64,000 nt of DNA from Nitrososphaerota archaeon (lineage in GTDB: Archaea; Thermoproteota; EX4484-205; JAAOZP01). Position numbers and translations under genes: made by a program. The stretch covers positions 64,001-128,000 of the forward strand of contig JAAOZP010000012.1 of assembly GCA_011605725.1 (NCBI GenBank), read 5' to 3'. Below the pieces are notes generated by a model that ran no database searches, had not been told where the DNA came from, and saw only the letters and a program-made list of their open reading frames with translations. Within the stretch, counting starts at the first letter, position 1. Each line of letters opens with the position of its first letter. Positions 48,162 to 57,370 of the stretch are shown in pieces.

Positions 48162-48705
48162 GGCACCTGGTCTCACTCTGCGGGAAAACAGTTCCACAAT
48201 ACTTGCATGAAACAGTGGATAGCACGTGCTGAATCTGGAGAGGCGGGGAAACATGTATTTCGATTGTTTTACTTGTCGCATCAGGCCGCCCTTCTACAGC
48301 AGCAACCCCCTTCAGACTCCAGGCTACGACCCTATCTAGGCTCTTGAAAGAAGGCTGGGCTCCTGGAGGTATTAGGATTTTAAACTGGTAGCTTTGGACA
48401 AAACCCTCGGGAACGTGAAGAGGCCCAGCCAACTGTGGTCTAGCTGAAAATATGACTGCAGAATCCCAGACCTGTTGCTCAACCTCCCTTTTAAGAGAAG
48501 CATTGTAAACCCTCCTGGTTCTACGTACCCGCTCAATACATTCAAGCTCGCACCTTATCTCCGTGCAGTCGAACTCTTCCTGAGACTCAACCTGTACTGC
48601 GCCCTCCACAGTGTCGCCAAGATAGAAGACCTGTTTACTCAGAAACAGAGAGATGTTTACCCTGGGCGGTGTAACCTTATCCCTGAGTTTCTTAAACAGG
48701 CTCAC
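48130..48705 (-). CDS. Arrestin-N/Spo0M-like Ig-fold protein with C-terminal zinc ribbon
   Basis: FYLGDTVEG.V.V, Y.F.I.IP..A.PSF...V.W.LK; CKYCG..CPNCG. Confidence 0.6.
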   Translation of the reverse strand: MSLFKKLRDKVTPPRVNISLFLSKQVFYLGDTVEGAVQVESQEEFDCTEIRCELECIERVRRTRRVYNASLKREVEQQVWDSAVIFSARPQLAGPLHVPEGFVQSYQFKILIPPGAQPSFKSLDRVVAWSLKGVAAVEGRPDATSKTIEIHVSPPLQIQHVLSTVSCKYCGTVFPQSETRCPNCGAPRTAQ

Positions 48706-48765
48706 AGCAGGATTTTTTCAACGGGGGGATTTAAGTTTTAAACGGCGCTGAATTAAAACGCGTGC

Positions 48766-49923
48766 TTACAATGGTATTAGCAGAAGGCTTGACAAGATTA
48801 TAACCAGCCCGCCGATTAAAAAAGGCAGATTTATACTAATGGAGCCGGAGTATCCAGCTAAGAGGGGTCCGATAATGTTCCCCAAGGAGCCTACAAAGTT
48901 GACTACATTGAAGTCCCTCGCCCTGGCTTCATCACTACAATGTTTTTGAATCAAGTAGCTTCTAAGCGGGAGCCATACTGAAGCCCCGAGAGGATCATGC
49001 ATAAGCCATAGTGCTGCAGACGTTGTGAAATCACTCGGCGCAGTGGCTAATGCTGTGAAAACCCCCTGTACGCATGTGAAAAGGATCAGGGATGATTTGT
49101 AAGAAAACTTTTTCAAGCCTGTGACAATCCTGCTGCTGAACAACATGGGTATTCCCAGACTAAGCCTGTGAACAGTCATCAGGATTGAAAGCGTCTCTGG
49201 AGATAGTGAGAATTTCTTTGAAAAGAACATTGGTGTGATGAAGCAGTGCGTAGCTGAGCCTCCAATCGTTACAACAAGCCCTGAGGCAGCCAGAATAATA
49301 AGCCCCCTGTTTAAACCCTTGCCTCCAGCCTTTTCCACAAGGGGCTTCTCAACATGCCGTACTCCTGCAGAATCCTGTTCGCTGAAGAATAAAGCGATCA
49401 CTAGGAAGCCTATTACTTGAAGAAGCCCAGAAAAAACGAAGGGAAGCCAGTAACCATAGATGCTTATTAATAGCCCGGAGGATGCGAGGCCCAATGCTTG
49501 AGAGATGAACTCGAGCCCCGATACTTTAGAGTAGGAGGCAATGAATCCCCGACGATCCTGCTCGTAGACCATGGTTGTGAAAACAGCGTTCCTGATCGCA
49601 ACCGCGGAGTCGAAGAGAATCTTGACAACACCCATTATAATCACCGATTTAAAGTAGGGTGTTAGAAGGTGGGAGAGCCCTCCGAGCAGTAGAGCTAACG
49701 CAATGAAAATTTTCCTACCGTACTTATCTGACGCAGCCCCTAGAAGGATGCTGAGGAAGGCGATGAATATTGCTGAGGCTGTGAAAACATACCCGATTTC
49801 CATAAGCGGAATGGAAACATAGTCCATGTAAAGGGGAAACAGGATTTCGTAAAGCCCGAAGGAGAAGCCGAAGAGCCATGTGGATGCGGTCAGCGCAGTC
49901 AGTCCTTTTTTTCTGCCTGACAT
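48766..49923 (-). CDS. MFS transporter
   Basis: About 12 TM helices; GAASDKYGRK motif A. Confidence 0.85.
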   Translation of the reverse strand: MSGRKKGLTALTASTWLFGFSFGLYEILFPLYMDYVSIPLMEIGYVFTASAIFIAFLSILLGAASDKYGRKIFIALALLLGGLSHLLTPYFKSVIIMGVVKILFDSAVAIRNAVFTTMVYEQDRRGFIASYSKVSGLEFISQALGLASSGLLISIYGYWLPFVFSGLLQVIGFLVIALFFSEQDSAGVRHVEKPLVEKAGGKGLNRGLIILAASGLVVTIGGSATHCFITPMFFSKKFSLSPETLSILMTVHRLSLGIPMLFSSRIVTGLKKFSYKSSLILFTCVQGVFTALATAPSDFTTSAALWLMHDPLGASVWLPLRSYLIQKHCSDEARARDFNVVNFVGSLGNIIGPLLAGYSGSISINLPFLIGGLVIILSSLLLIPL

Positions 49924-49999
49924 GTGCTACGGGCCGTTCAGCAAGAGGCTTATAAGCATTGACAACAAAGTTTTTAAAAGGCTTTTAAGCAATAATAAC

Positions 50000-50548
50000 A
50001 TGGCCAAGTACAGTACGGGTGCGAAATATTTTGCTCAACCAGGCCCAGGAAATACTGGTAAAGTGATTAAGGCGGTTGCGGAAAGAATAGAGAAAGGCGG
50101 TGTTACGCAGGTTGTTGTCGCAAGCACTTCCGGAAGGACGGGAGTCAGGTTTGCCAAGGCTTTAAAGGGTAGAGCACAGGTTGTAGCCGTATCCCATGAG
50201 AAGATGGAGCCTAAGCTGAAGGAGAAGATAATTAGCCTGGGCGGAATAGCTGAGGACGGTACGCACCTGCCGCTCCACGGAAGGGGCATGGATAAGGTTA
50301 GGGATGCCTTCTACACGCTGGGACAAGGATTCAAAGTAGCTTTAGAAGTCGTTCTGATAGCTGCAGATAGGGGGCTTGTTAAACCCTATAGGGACGTCGT
50401 AGGCGTCGGTGGAAGTGGAGAGGGTGCTGACACAGCAGTAGTGGCGAGAGCAACCCCGACGAAGGAGGTTTTCAGCAGCGATAAGTCGAAGAGGCTTGAA
50501 GTAAGGGAAGTAATCTGCATGCCGCTGAAGAAGAAGTGGTGGGACTGA
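50000..50548 (+). CDS. Pyruvate kinase C-terminal-like domain protein (archaeal DUF1867 type)
   Basis: YF..PG..NT, VVVASTSG.T, GQG.KV..E....AAD.G, GG...GADTA, VRE.IC.P. Start moved to the ATG at 50000. Confidence 0.75.
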   Translation: MAKYSTGAKYFAQPGPGNTGKVIKAVAERIEKGGVTQVVVASTSGRTGVRFAKALKGRAQVVAVSHEKMEPKLKEKIISLGGIAEDGTHLPLHGRGMDKVRDAFYTLGQGFKVALEVVLIAADRGLVKPYRDVVGVGGSGEGADTAVVARATPTKEVFSSDKSKRLEVREVICMPLKKKWWD

Positions 50549-50684
50549 TCATCCTAGGAGCAGTTTAAACCGAACAGTTAAGCCGGCGTAGACCATTAGA
50601 AAGCTTCTAACAGCGTAAACTTTTAGAAATAATATTCTTGACTAAATCCATATATCCTGTTCATTAGCAGGTTTTTGTTTAGAA

Positions 50685-51359
50685 ATGGTCAGGAGGCTGC
50701 CGGACAGGTTTCTTAAATGGGCTTACTTCGACAGAGTCCGCTTCATCAAATCCATTCTGGACACCGGTAATCCGGATAAAGCGATGCTTCTCATAGAGTC
50801 GACAAGACACAACCCAGCGCTCTGCACAGCCCGGATTAAGAGCTCTGGGATAGAGTTGAACGCTAAGATAGTTGGCGCCGGCTTCGTGCCTAAGCAAAGC
50901 TTTCTTGAAGACGCAGTTAGAGAACTGAGGTCACATGTGGAGGCAGGCAGCTCAATGACGAGGGAGGACTATGCTGAAAAAGGACTGCAAATTCTGCTTA
51001 GACACGTGTACTTCGAAAGCGAGGATGAGGCGAATCGTAGAGTCGACTTTACGAAAATAGCAACCCTAGAAATAGGTGCAGGAATAGCGGGATCCTCCAG
51101 ACACACATGGGAGAACGTTCAGAGTTACAGGCGAGCAGTCATGCTTTACTACATGCCTCCCAACACCAGCTTCGAGGTCAGGGGCATGCTCGACGTATTG
51201 ACCGAGGGAAACTATTTTGAATTCGTCAATTTAGCCCATGATGCATTCCATTACACACCCGTTGAGAAGAGGGTCTTCAAACCATGCTATATTTTGAATG
51301 TTGAAGAGGTTTATGATAACAGTGCTACGCAGGAGGGTTTTGGCCGTCTGCTTGAATAA
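50685..51359 (+). CDS. Pyridoxamine 5'-phosphate oxidase-like split-barrel protein
   Basis: HNPALCT, NAKIVG.GF.PK, HTWEN, PP..SFEVRG, VEEVYDNS. Confidence 0.55.
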   Translation: MVRRLPDRFLKWAYFDRVRFIKSILDTGNPDKAMLLIESTRHNPALCTARIKSSGIELNAKIVGAGFVPKQSFLEDAVRELRSHVEAGSSMTREDYAEKGLQILLRHVYFESEDEANRRVDFTKIATLEIGAGIAGSSRHTWENVQSYRRAVMLYYMPPNTSFEVRGMLDVLTEGNYFEFVNLAHDAFHYTPVEKRVFKPCYILNVEEVYDNSATQEGFGRLLE

Positions 51360-51474
51360 TTGTGAGCACGATGAAAGACTCCTGACGTTCTCATAATGGT
51401 TCATTAAGCCTATTCCCAATACCCTTTCTCCGCCAGCGCGCGATACATGTAAGCCGATTAAACGCATTAAGAGT

Positions 51475-52794
51475 CTATAGAAACATCTTGGCTTCAGAGT
51501 TCACTTTCCGCCAATAGAGTTCAAACAATAAGCCTGAAGGCTTAGGCTTCACTTCATTGATGAAGCCTTTTTCAAGCTCTAATGATTTTGCAAAGGCTTC
51601 CTCAGTAAGTCTCTTCAATTCCTCGACGGATGCTTCCCCTTCTAGAAATCTAGACCTTAATTCCTCGGCCTTCGAATGGAGATAAGCCTCTAAAGACTCT
51701 ACTTGGCTACGTATCTTTAAGAAGTATTCTTTAAAGGAGCCCAGCATCCTCCTGCTCAACCTTTCATGAATCCACCAGACCGAGTCGGAATCGTAAAGCC
51801 TGTCTGGGACAAGTTTTAAATCCGGTAGACCAGCCTCCATGAAAACCGGCTTGTAGACGCTTATACACGGCGTCGAGGTAGCTGTAAACCAGTGTATCTG
51901 CACCTTTTCAAAAAGCTGCCCCACGTAGGAGGCTGCAGTCTGGGAAGGTCTTGTAAGCACTCCGGCATGCATACAGACATCTCTCATAGATCCTTTAGCT
52001 GGGGTAAAGTTCTCTCCTAGCCTGTGGCTTCTCATAATGTTCTTGACGATATGCACATCGATCTCACCTGTTTTCTGCTCCAGAAGGCCCTGGGTATAGG
52101 CTTGTCTCTCCCTACCTCTTGCAAAATGCGTGTAAAACTTGTCTGAATAGCAGTTCGAAAAGTCGAAGTCCCTATCATCCTTACACCACCCTTTTTCAAC
52201 AGCATGTTCAACAACGTTTTTCGAGGCTAAGTCCCATTTGTTTTTAATAGTTAAAGCGTTGGAAATACTTCTCACATTCTTCACTTTCTCAGCAACCCAG
52301 TATTTCCCAGCGGTCTCTAAAACCCACGCCTCGTTAGGGTCGGAGATTATGAACGAATTATGGTAATACGTCTTGCTTTTAAACCCGCAGTTACCACCCT
52401 GCCCAAATTCCTCCAAATATCTAACTATGAAAAGCAGGGCCTCATAGGAGTCCCTACATCTCTCCAAGGCTAGCCTCAGCAAATCCATTCCAGTGAGACC
52501 CTTCTCCAGCTTCTTTTCCCTTGTGAATACAGCTTCGTTTCCTATAGCCAAGCCGAATTCGTTAACACCCATTTCAGCACCCCACATCCAAACCGGCCTT
52601 GAAACAATTATGGCATTCGTCCTCTTTACTTGCGGAACCTTTACATACGTGCAGTTTACAAATTCTTCGTCGTGCTCCATCCTAGGATAAAACTCTAAAG
52701 CCTGAGGCTCGTTAGGCTCCCTGTCACTATTCTTAGCGAAAATCGTAACCCTCTCTTTAGTTGAATTCTTAAGCGCTACTAGAGTGTCGCACAT
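51475..52794 (-). CDS. Peptidase C69 (secernin/dipeptidase) Ntn hydrolase
   Basis: N-terminal MCDT, AKNSDR.PNE, WMWGAEMG.NE, GMDLLRLALER. Confidence 0.9.
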   Translation of the reverse strand: MCDTLVALKNSTKERVTIFAKNSDREPNEPQALEFYPRMEHDEEFVNCTYVKVPQVKRTNAIIVSRPVWMWGAEMGVNEFGLAIGNEAVFTREKKLEKGLTGMDLLRLALERCRDSYEALLFIVRYLEEFGQGGNCGFKSKTYYHNSFIISDPNEAWVLETAGKYWVAEKVKNVRSISNALTIKNKWDLASKNVVEHAVEKGWCKDDRDFDFSNCYSDKFYTHFARGRERQAYTQGLLEQKTGEIDVHIVKNIMRSHRLGENFTPAKGSMRDVCMHAGVLTRPSQTAASYVGQLFEKVQIHWFTATSTPCISVYKPVFMEAGLPDLKLVPDRLYDSDSVWWIHERLSRRMLGSFKEYFLKIRSQVESLEAYLHSKAEELRSRFLEGEASVEELKRLTEEAFAKSLELEKGFINEVKPKPSGLLFELYWRKVNSEAKMFL

Positions 52795-52883
52795 GCCTTA
52801 GTAGAGTCATTTAAAGAAAATAAACCTTTATGCTGGTTCAAGTGGAAACGTTTTAAAAATTTTAAAGAGAGTTATTAACACTA

Positions 52884-53882
52884 TCAGCGAGTTATTGAAG
52901 CCCCTAGAATTTTCGGGCATAACGGATCCGGATTGCTGAATGTTCCGTAAAGCCTGTATGATCTAGCGTAACATCCCCCTCTACAAGTCTCTCTCAGAGA
53001 ACAATCTGGGCAAGGGTTATTCTCGACGATTTTCCTAAGGATTCTGCTTGAACGCAGCTCCCGCCATGCTTCTGAAAGACTCTTACTCCTAACGCTTGAG
53101 ACAACAATGTCAAGAGTATCGCAGAGAAGAACCTCCCCTCCTGGACCTATATCCATGTTTTTCTCAATCCTGCACGAGTCCCATGAAACATAGTGGGATC
53201 TCACTATGAGGCTGGCGAACGGCATACACCACAGTATGATGTTGAAACCAAGCCTATCCGCAGCCTCATCAGCCAAGCGTAGAGCTTTAACGCAAGAGTA
53301 GGCGTCAGCATTCCAATCCTTGTCCGCCGCCCTTCCGAAAGGCATTACGGGAAGCAGTACTGCAGAGGAGGCTCCAAGTTTCTCCGCCAGTTGCACAAAC
53401 CCTCCGGCTTCACTGGCATTCAGGCGGGAAATCGAAAAGATAGGTGTGAAACTAACCCCCTCCTCCTTGAGAACCCTTATGTTCCGCATCAAAACATCCC
53501 ACGTTCCTGGGCCGCGCACAGCCTCATGCGTATTCTTAACTGCGCCGTCAATGCTTGTGAAAACGCGGATACCCTGCGAACCTAGCCTCCTTGCCTTCTC
53601 CCGGCTTATTGCGGAAAGATTTGTGAAAAGAGAAACGTTTACACCTTCTTCCGCGGCCGCAAGTATTTCGAAAATACCCTCCCTTAAAAGAGGCTCGCCA
53701 CCCGTTAAATGAAGGTTTTTAACACCCATTTCACAAGCCTCCTCAACCAGTTTTAAAACCCGGTTCTTGCTTAGTTCACCACTCCAAGAGCGGGAGGAAA
53801 CATAGCAATGTTCGCATCTAAAGTTGCACCTTGCCGTAAGCAGCCATGTCACGTAATCTGGGGGGCTTGGAATCGGACTCAT
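52884..53882 (-). CDS. Radical SAM/SPASM protein
   Basis: CNFRCEHC, TGGEPL, SIDG; SPASM Cys motif CPDC....CRGGC.A..DPLC. Confidence 0.9.
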   Translation of the reverse strand: MSPIPSPPDYVTWLLTARCNFRCEHCYVSSRSWSGELSKNRVLKLVEEACEMGVKNLHLTGGEPLLREGIFEILAAAEEGVNVSLFTNLSAISREKARRLGSQGIRVFTSIDGAVKNTHEAVRGPGTWDVLMRNIRVLKEEGVSFTPIFSISRLNASEAGGFVQLAEKLGASSAVLLPVMPFGRAADKDWNADAYSCVKALRLADEAADRLGFNIILWCMPFASLIVRSHYVSWDSCRIEKNMDIGPGGEVLLCDTLDIVVSSVRSKSLSEAWRELRSSRILRKIVENNPCPDCSLRETCRGGCYARSYRLYGTFSNPDPLCPKILGASITR

Positions 53883-54224
53883 GATCCCACCTGAGAATTA
53901 TTGAAAGATTACTCGGATTGTTTGGAAACGGGTTATTAATACGTTTTTGTGAAAAGAATCCCACTTAATTCATATGGGAAGACTATGGGAATAACCTTAT
54001 TAAGACACCCGTAGATCATCTAAGTTTAATAAGCTTAACGTCGAAAAAGCAGCGCTGTAAAATCCCAGCCTCCAGCCCATAGCAGATGCGTACGCTCCTC
54101 TTCCGCAATGATCCATGCTCAAGTTTAATACATTTCTTGACGTGATGAAGCCTCAGGTTAATGAACCGGGTTGTGGCTTACGCGGAGTTTAAAACTTATA
54201 TTGCTACAGAGTCTTCCGCCTTCC

Positions 54225-55049
54225 ATGAACCTGGCTGAAGCCATAAGCCTCATCCTTGTCGCATTCGCATCTACAACGCTGCTTTCAGCCGTCGGGTTGG
54301 CGGGTGGCGTGGTAATAGTTCCAACATTGGTTCTGCTTTTCGGTCTGGAATCAAGGTATGCTTCAGGCACAGGTATTTTCGCAATAATCTTCGGAATATT
54401 TTCAGCAGCATTCACGTATTTCAGGCAGAGAAGAGTCGATGTTAAGCTGGCTCTGCTCTTCGACACGCTGGATGTGGTTGGGGTTGTGGCCGGAGCATAC
54501 TTAGTCGTTGTTCTACCATCCCTGGTCACAGCCCTACTCATGGGGTTTTTCCTACTGACTTCAGCATGGAGGCTCTGGGCGGGCAGTGTTAATCAACCTA
54601 GAAAAGTCGAGAAGAAAAGCCGGAGACCATGCATTAAGCGGCGTCTCACAGATAGGGATGGAAACATTTATGAGTATGAGCTTGGCGTACCTGAGCTCGT
54701 CCTATCCCAGCTTGCAAGCGTTTTAAGCGGCATTGCAACAGGTCTGTTTGGAATAGGAGGGGGAGCAGTAGATACTACCGTGATGATGCTGATCGGAGTA
54801 CCGCCTCACATCGCCGTTGCCACAGCAGTCTTCGGAATGACAGTAACTAAGATTGCTGGAGTAATCTCGCATCTTGCATTAGGAAACGTTTTAATAGAAT
54901 ACGGTGTCCCCCTAGCAATTGGGACAACGGTAGGAGGATTACTCGGCCCAAGGATTTCCAAGAGGCTGAGGCCCTTAGCGTTGAGAAGGGTTCTAAGCAT
55001 ACTTATTCTGATCATTGGTCTCAGGATGGTCGCGTTATGGTTTGAATGA
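54225..55049 (+). CDS. TauE/SafE (TSUP) family membrane transporter
   Basis: GLAGGV..VP and GLFGIGGG repeats, AVAT; about 8 TM helices. Confidence 0.85.
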   Translation: MNLAEAISLILVAFASTTLLSAVGLAGGVVIVPTLVLLFGLESRYASGTGIFAIIFGIFSAAFTYFRQRRVDVKLALLFDTLDVVGVVAGAYLVVVLPSLVTALLMGFFLLTSAWRLWAGSVNQPRKVEKKSRRPCIKRRLTDRDGNIYEYELGVPELVLSQLASVLSGIATGLFGIGGGAVDTTVMMLIGVPPHIAVATAVFGMTVTKIAGVISHLALGNVLIEYGVPLAIGTTVGGLLGPRISKRLRPLALRRVLSILILIIGLRMVALWFE

Positions 55050-55075
55050 GTCGAAAACTAGCGCTAACAATTGTT

Positions 55076-56140
55076 TTAAGCATCGCATTCACCATAATAA
55101 TTCATGAGGCTTTCGAAAGCCGTGCAAACCGCGTCTATGTTTTCAAGCGGAACATCTGCATGAATCTCTGAATACATCATTAATCCTCCTTTCTCAGAAC
55201 CGAGCTTGACAACAGCCTCATGAATGTGGCTCCTGATTTCCTCAGGATTGCCGAAGGGGACAAGGAGTTGACGGTCTATATCCAGGTCGATGCAAACCCT
55301 CCCCTTGATCTCCTCTCTAATATTGTCTAGCCCGTTAACCCGGTCCTGAATATTTAAGACTGAAACACCCGCTTCCATAAGGGCATCAGCCACCTCCATT
55401 ATGTGGCCGTCAGTATGCAGGTAAACCCTTATCCCTGAATCCCTGACTCTCCCGAATATTTTCCTGTATGAAGGATAGATAAACCTTCTGAACGTCTTAG
55501 GGCTTATTGGCATCCTGTCTTGAAGACCAAGATCGTCCCCGAAGGAAACCATGTCAACCCTGAGCCTGATGAATCTTTCAACAAGAGCAAGATTATACTC
55601 GGTCAACATCTCTATTAGTTTTTCAAGCTGACTAGTGTTTCTCACGAAGTCCATCATCAGGTTTTCAAATCCTCTCAGATAATAGAGCCTTTGGAAGAAG
55701 AAGCCGTGAGGCATACTTCCGACAATAACATCATCCATTTTCCTAGCATTTTCTATTCTCTCCTCAATCGCATCCCACGGGTCTAACCCACCACCCTCCT
55801 GAACAATGCCTTTCTCCGGATCGGGTAGACTATAGTGCGCAAAGTCAGACCAATCCTTCAAAGGGTGCTTCACAACCTGACCCTGCAACCCGCTTATGTT
55901 AAACCTCCATAAGCATCCGAAGTCATCCAAAACCTCTCTACCCTTCAACCTGCTTCCGAAGTTGTTAAAGTCGACACTTCCCTTCTTGAACGTTGGGAAA
56001 AGCCTAGGATGCCTAGCGAGCAGGTCCTCAAGCTTATCCCTATACTTGCTCCAAGTCGTTGGGAAAATTCCCACTCTACAAGGGATCCACCCGCAACCAT
56101 TCATGTCTATGACTCTAAGCTTTTTCACTCTGATGCTCAA
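55076..56140 (-). CDS. URO-D/MtaA-like family protein
   Basis: D.FGC.W, LRGFEN...D, GDDLG.Q....ISP..FR..I.P, HTDG, IDRQ..PFG.PEE. Confidence 0.8.
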   Translation of the reverse strand: MSIRVKKLRVIDMNGCGWIPCRVGIFPTTWSKYRDKLEDLLARHPRLFPTFKKGSVDFNNFGSRLKGREVLDDFGCLWRFNISGLQGQVVKHPLKDWSDFAHYSLPDPEKGIVQEGGGLDPWDAIEERIENARKMDDVIVGSMPHGFFFQRLYYLRGFENLMMDFVRNTSQLEKLIEMLTEYNLALVERFIRLRVDMVSFGDDLGLQDRMPISPKTFRRFIYPSYRKIFGRVRDSGIRVYLHTDGHIMEVADALMEAGVSVLNIQDRVNGLDNIREEIKGRVCIDLDIDRQLLVPFGNPEEIRSHIHEAVVKLGSEKGGLMMYSEIHADVPLENIDAVCTAFESLMNYYGECDA

Positions 56141-56249
56141 ATCGAAGGGTATGCTTCCCCCGCTAAGCTTTAAACATTTCTCGTTTAAAGCTGGAGCCTA
56201 AATCATAAGATTTAAAAGATTTAAGTATTATTGAGGAAAGCGAGGGAAA

Positions 56250-57359
56250 GTGTCAAGGAACCCGAATATAGGTAGACTGCTTAAAGTCCTTCTGAGAGAG
56301 GGAGAGCCGGATAGAGTACCTTTCTACGAGCATTTCGTCGATAACGAGGTTATTGAAGCCTTGACAGGTAAGCCTGTATCTAAGGCTTTAGCTGAAGAAG
56401 GCTTGAGCTCAGAGAAATACCTTAACACCTTGATTGAGTTCTATTCTAGGCTCGGGTACGACTATGTTCCGATGGAGGTTTCTCCTAAACTCCCCAGGAC
56501 TAATGTTCTTCAGACGAACGATGTCGCTTATCTTTCCCGTGGGAAAAGAACCTGGCAGGATGAGAACAAGGGGACGATTGAAACAATTGAGGATTTTGAA
56601 AAATACCCCTGGCCCAGTCCAGATGAAGCACTGGATTTTTCAGTGTTTGAAAGACTGAGGAGAAAACTGCCTGAAGGCATGGGGGTTGTTGGGGGAGTCG
56701 CCGGAGGATTCTTCGAGCATGTGAGCTGGCTGATGGGCATTGGAAAACTCTGCAGGGCCGTGTACTTGGACAAGAGGCTTGTTGAAAAAATGTTCAGCAA
56801 AATCGCCATGCTAATAATTTCCCTAGACGAGAGGATAGTTAAGGAAGGGTATGTTGATGCCTTGAGGATGGGTGACGACTTAGGGTATAAGACGGGCACG
56901 TTTCTGCCGCCCAGAATCCTACGGGAATACGTTTTCCCAAACTACAGGAGGCTCGCCGACTTGGCGCATTCGAAAGGACTTCCATTTATAATTCATTCCT
57001 GCGGAAACCTGTATACTCCTGACGAAACAGGGAGAACAGTGATGGATGATCTTGTGAACAGTGTTAGGATAGATGCTAAACATTCTTTTGAAGACAATAT
57101 AATGCCAGTATACGAGGTTAAGGAGAAGTATGGGAATAAGGTAGCGGTGCTGGGCGGTGTAGACATGAATAAGCTTGTTCAACTTCCTGAGAAAAGCCTG
57201 AGGGAGTACGTCAGGCTAATAATTAAGAAGTGCGCACCAGGAGGCGCATATGCTTTAGGCTCTGGAAACACGATAGCCAACTATGTGCCCTTAGAAAACT
57301 ATCTCGCGATGCTCGACGAAGGTTTTAGAAGCGGAGTATATCCGATAAGGATTAGTTGA
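56250..57359 (+). CDS. URO-D/MtaA-like family protein
   Basis: EPDRVP..E, GDDLG.K, HSCGNL, DAKHSFED, GGVD, GSGN. Confidence 0.8.
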   Translation: MSRNPNIGRLLKVLLREGEPDRVPFYEHFVDNEVIEALTGKPVSKALAEEGLSSEKYLNTLIEFYSRLGYDYVPMEVSPKLPRTNVLQTNDVAYLSRGKRTWQDENKGTIETIEDFEKYPWPSPDEALDFSVFERLRRKLPEGMGVVGGVAGGFFEHVSWLMGIGKLCRAVYLDKRLVEKMFSKIAMLIISLDERIVKEGYVDALRMGDDLGYKTGTFLPPRILREYVFPNYRRLADLAHSKGLPFIIHSCGNLYTPDETGRTVMDDLVNSVRIDAKHSFEDNIMPVYEVKEKYGNKVAVLGGVDMNKLVQLPEKSLREYVRLIIKKCAPGGAYALGSGNTIANYVPLENYLAMLDEGFRSGVYPIRIS

Positions 57360-57370
57360 GAAACAGGTTT

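Noticed and set aside
49880-49999. N-terminal extension of the 49880 ORF
   Set aside because: It overlaps the divergent MFS start and promoter; family similarity begins at the ATG at 50000.
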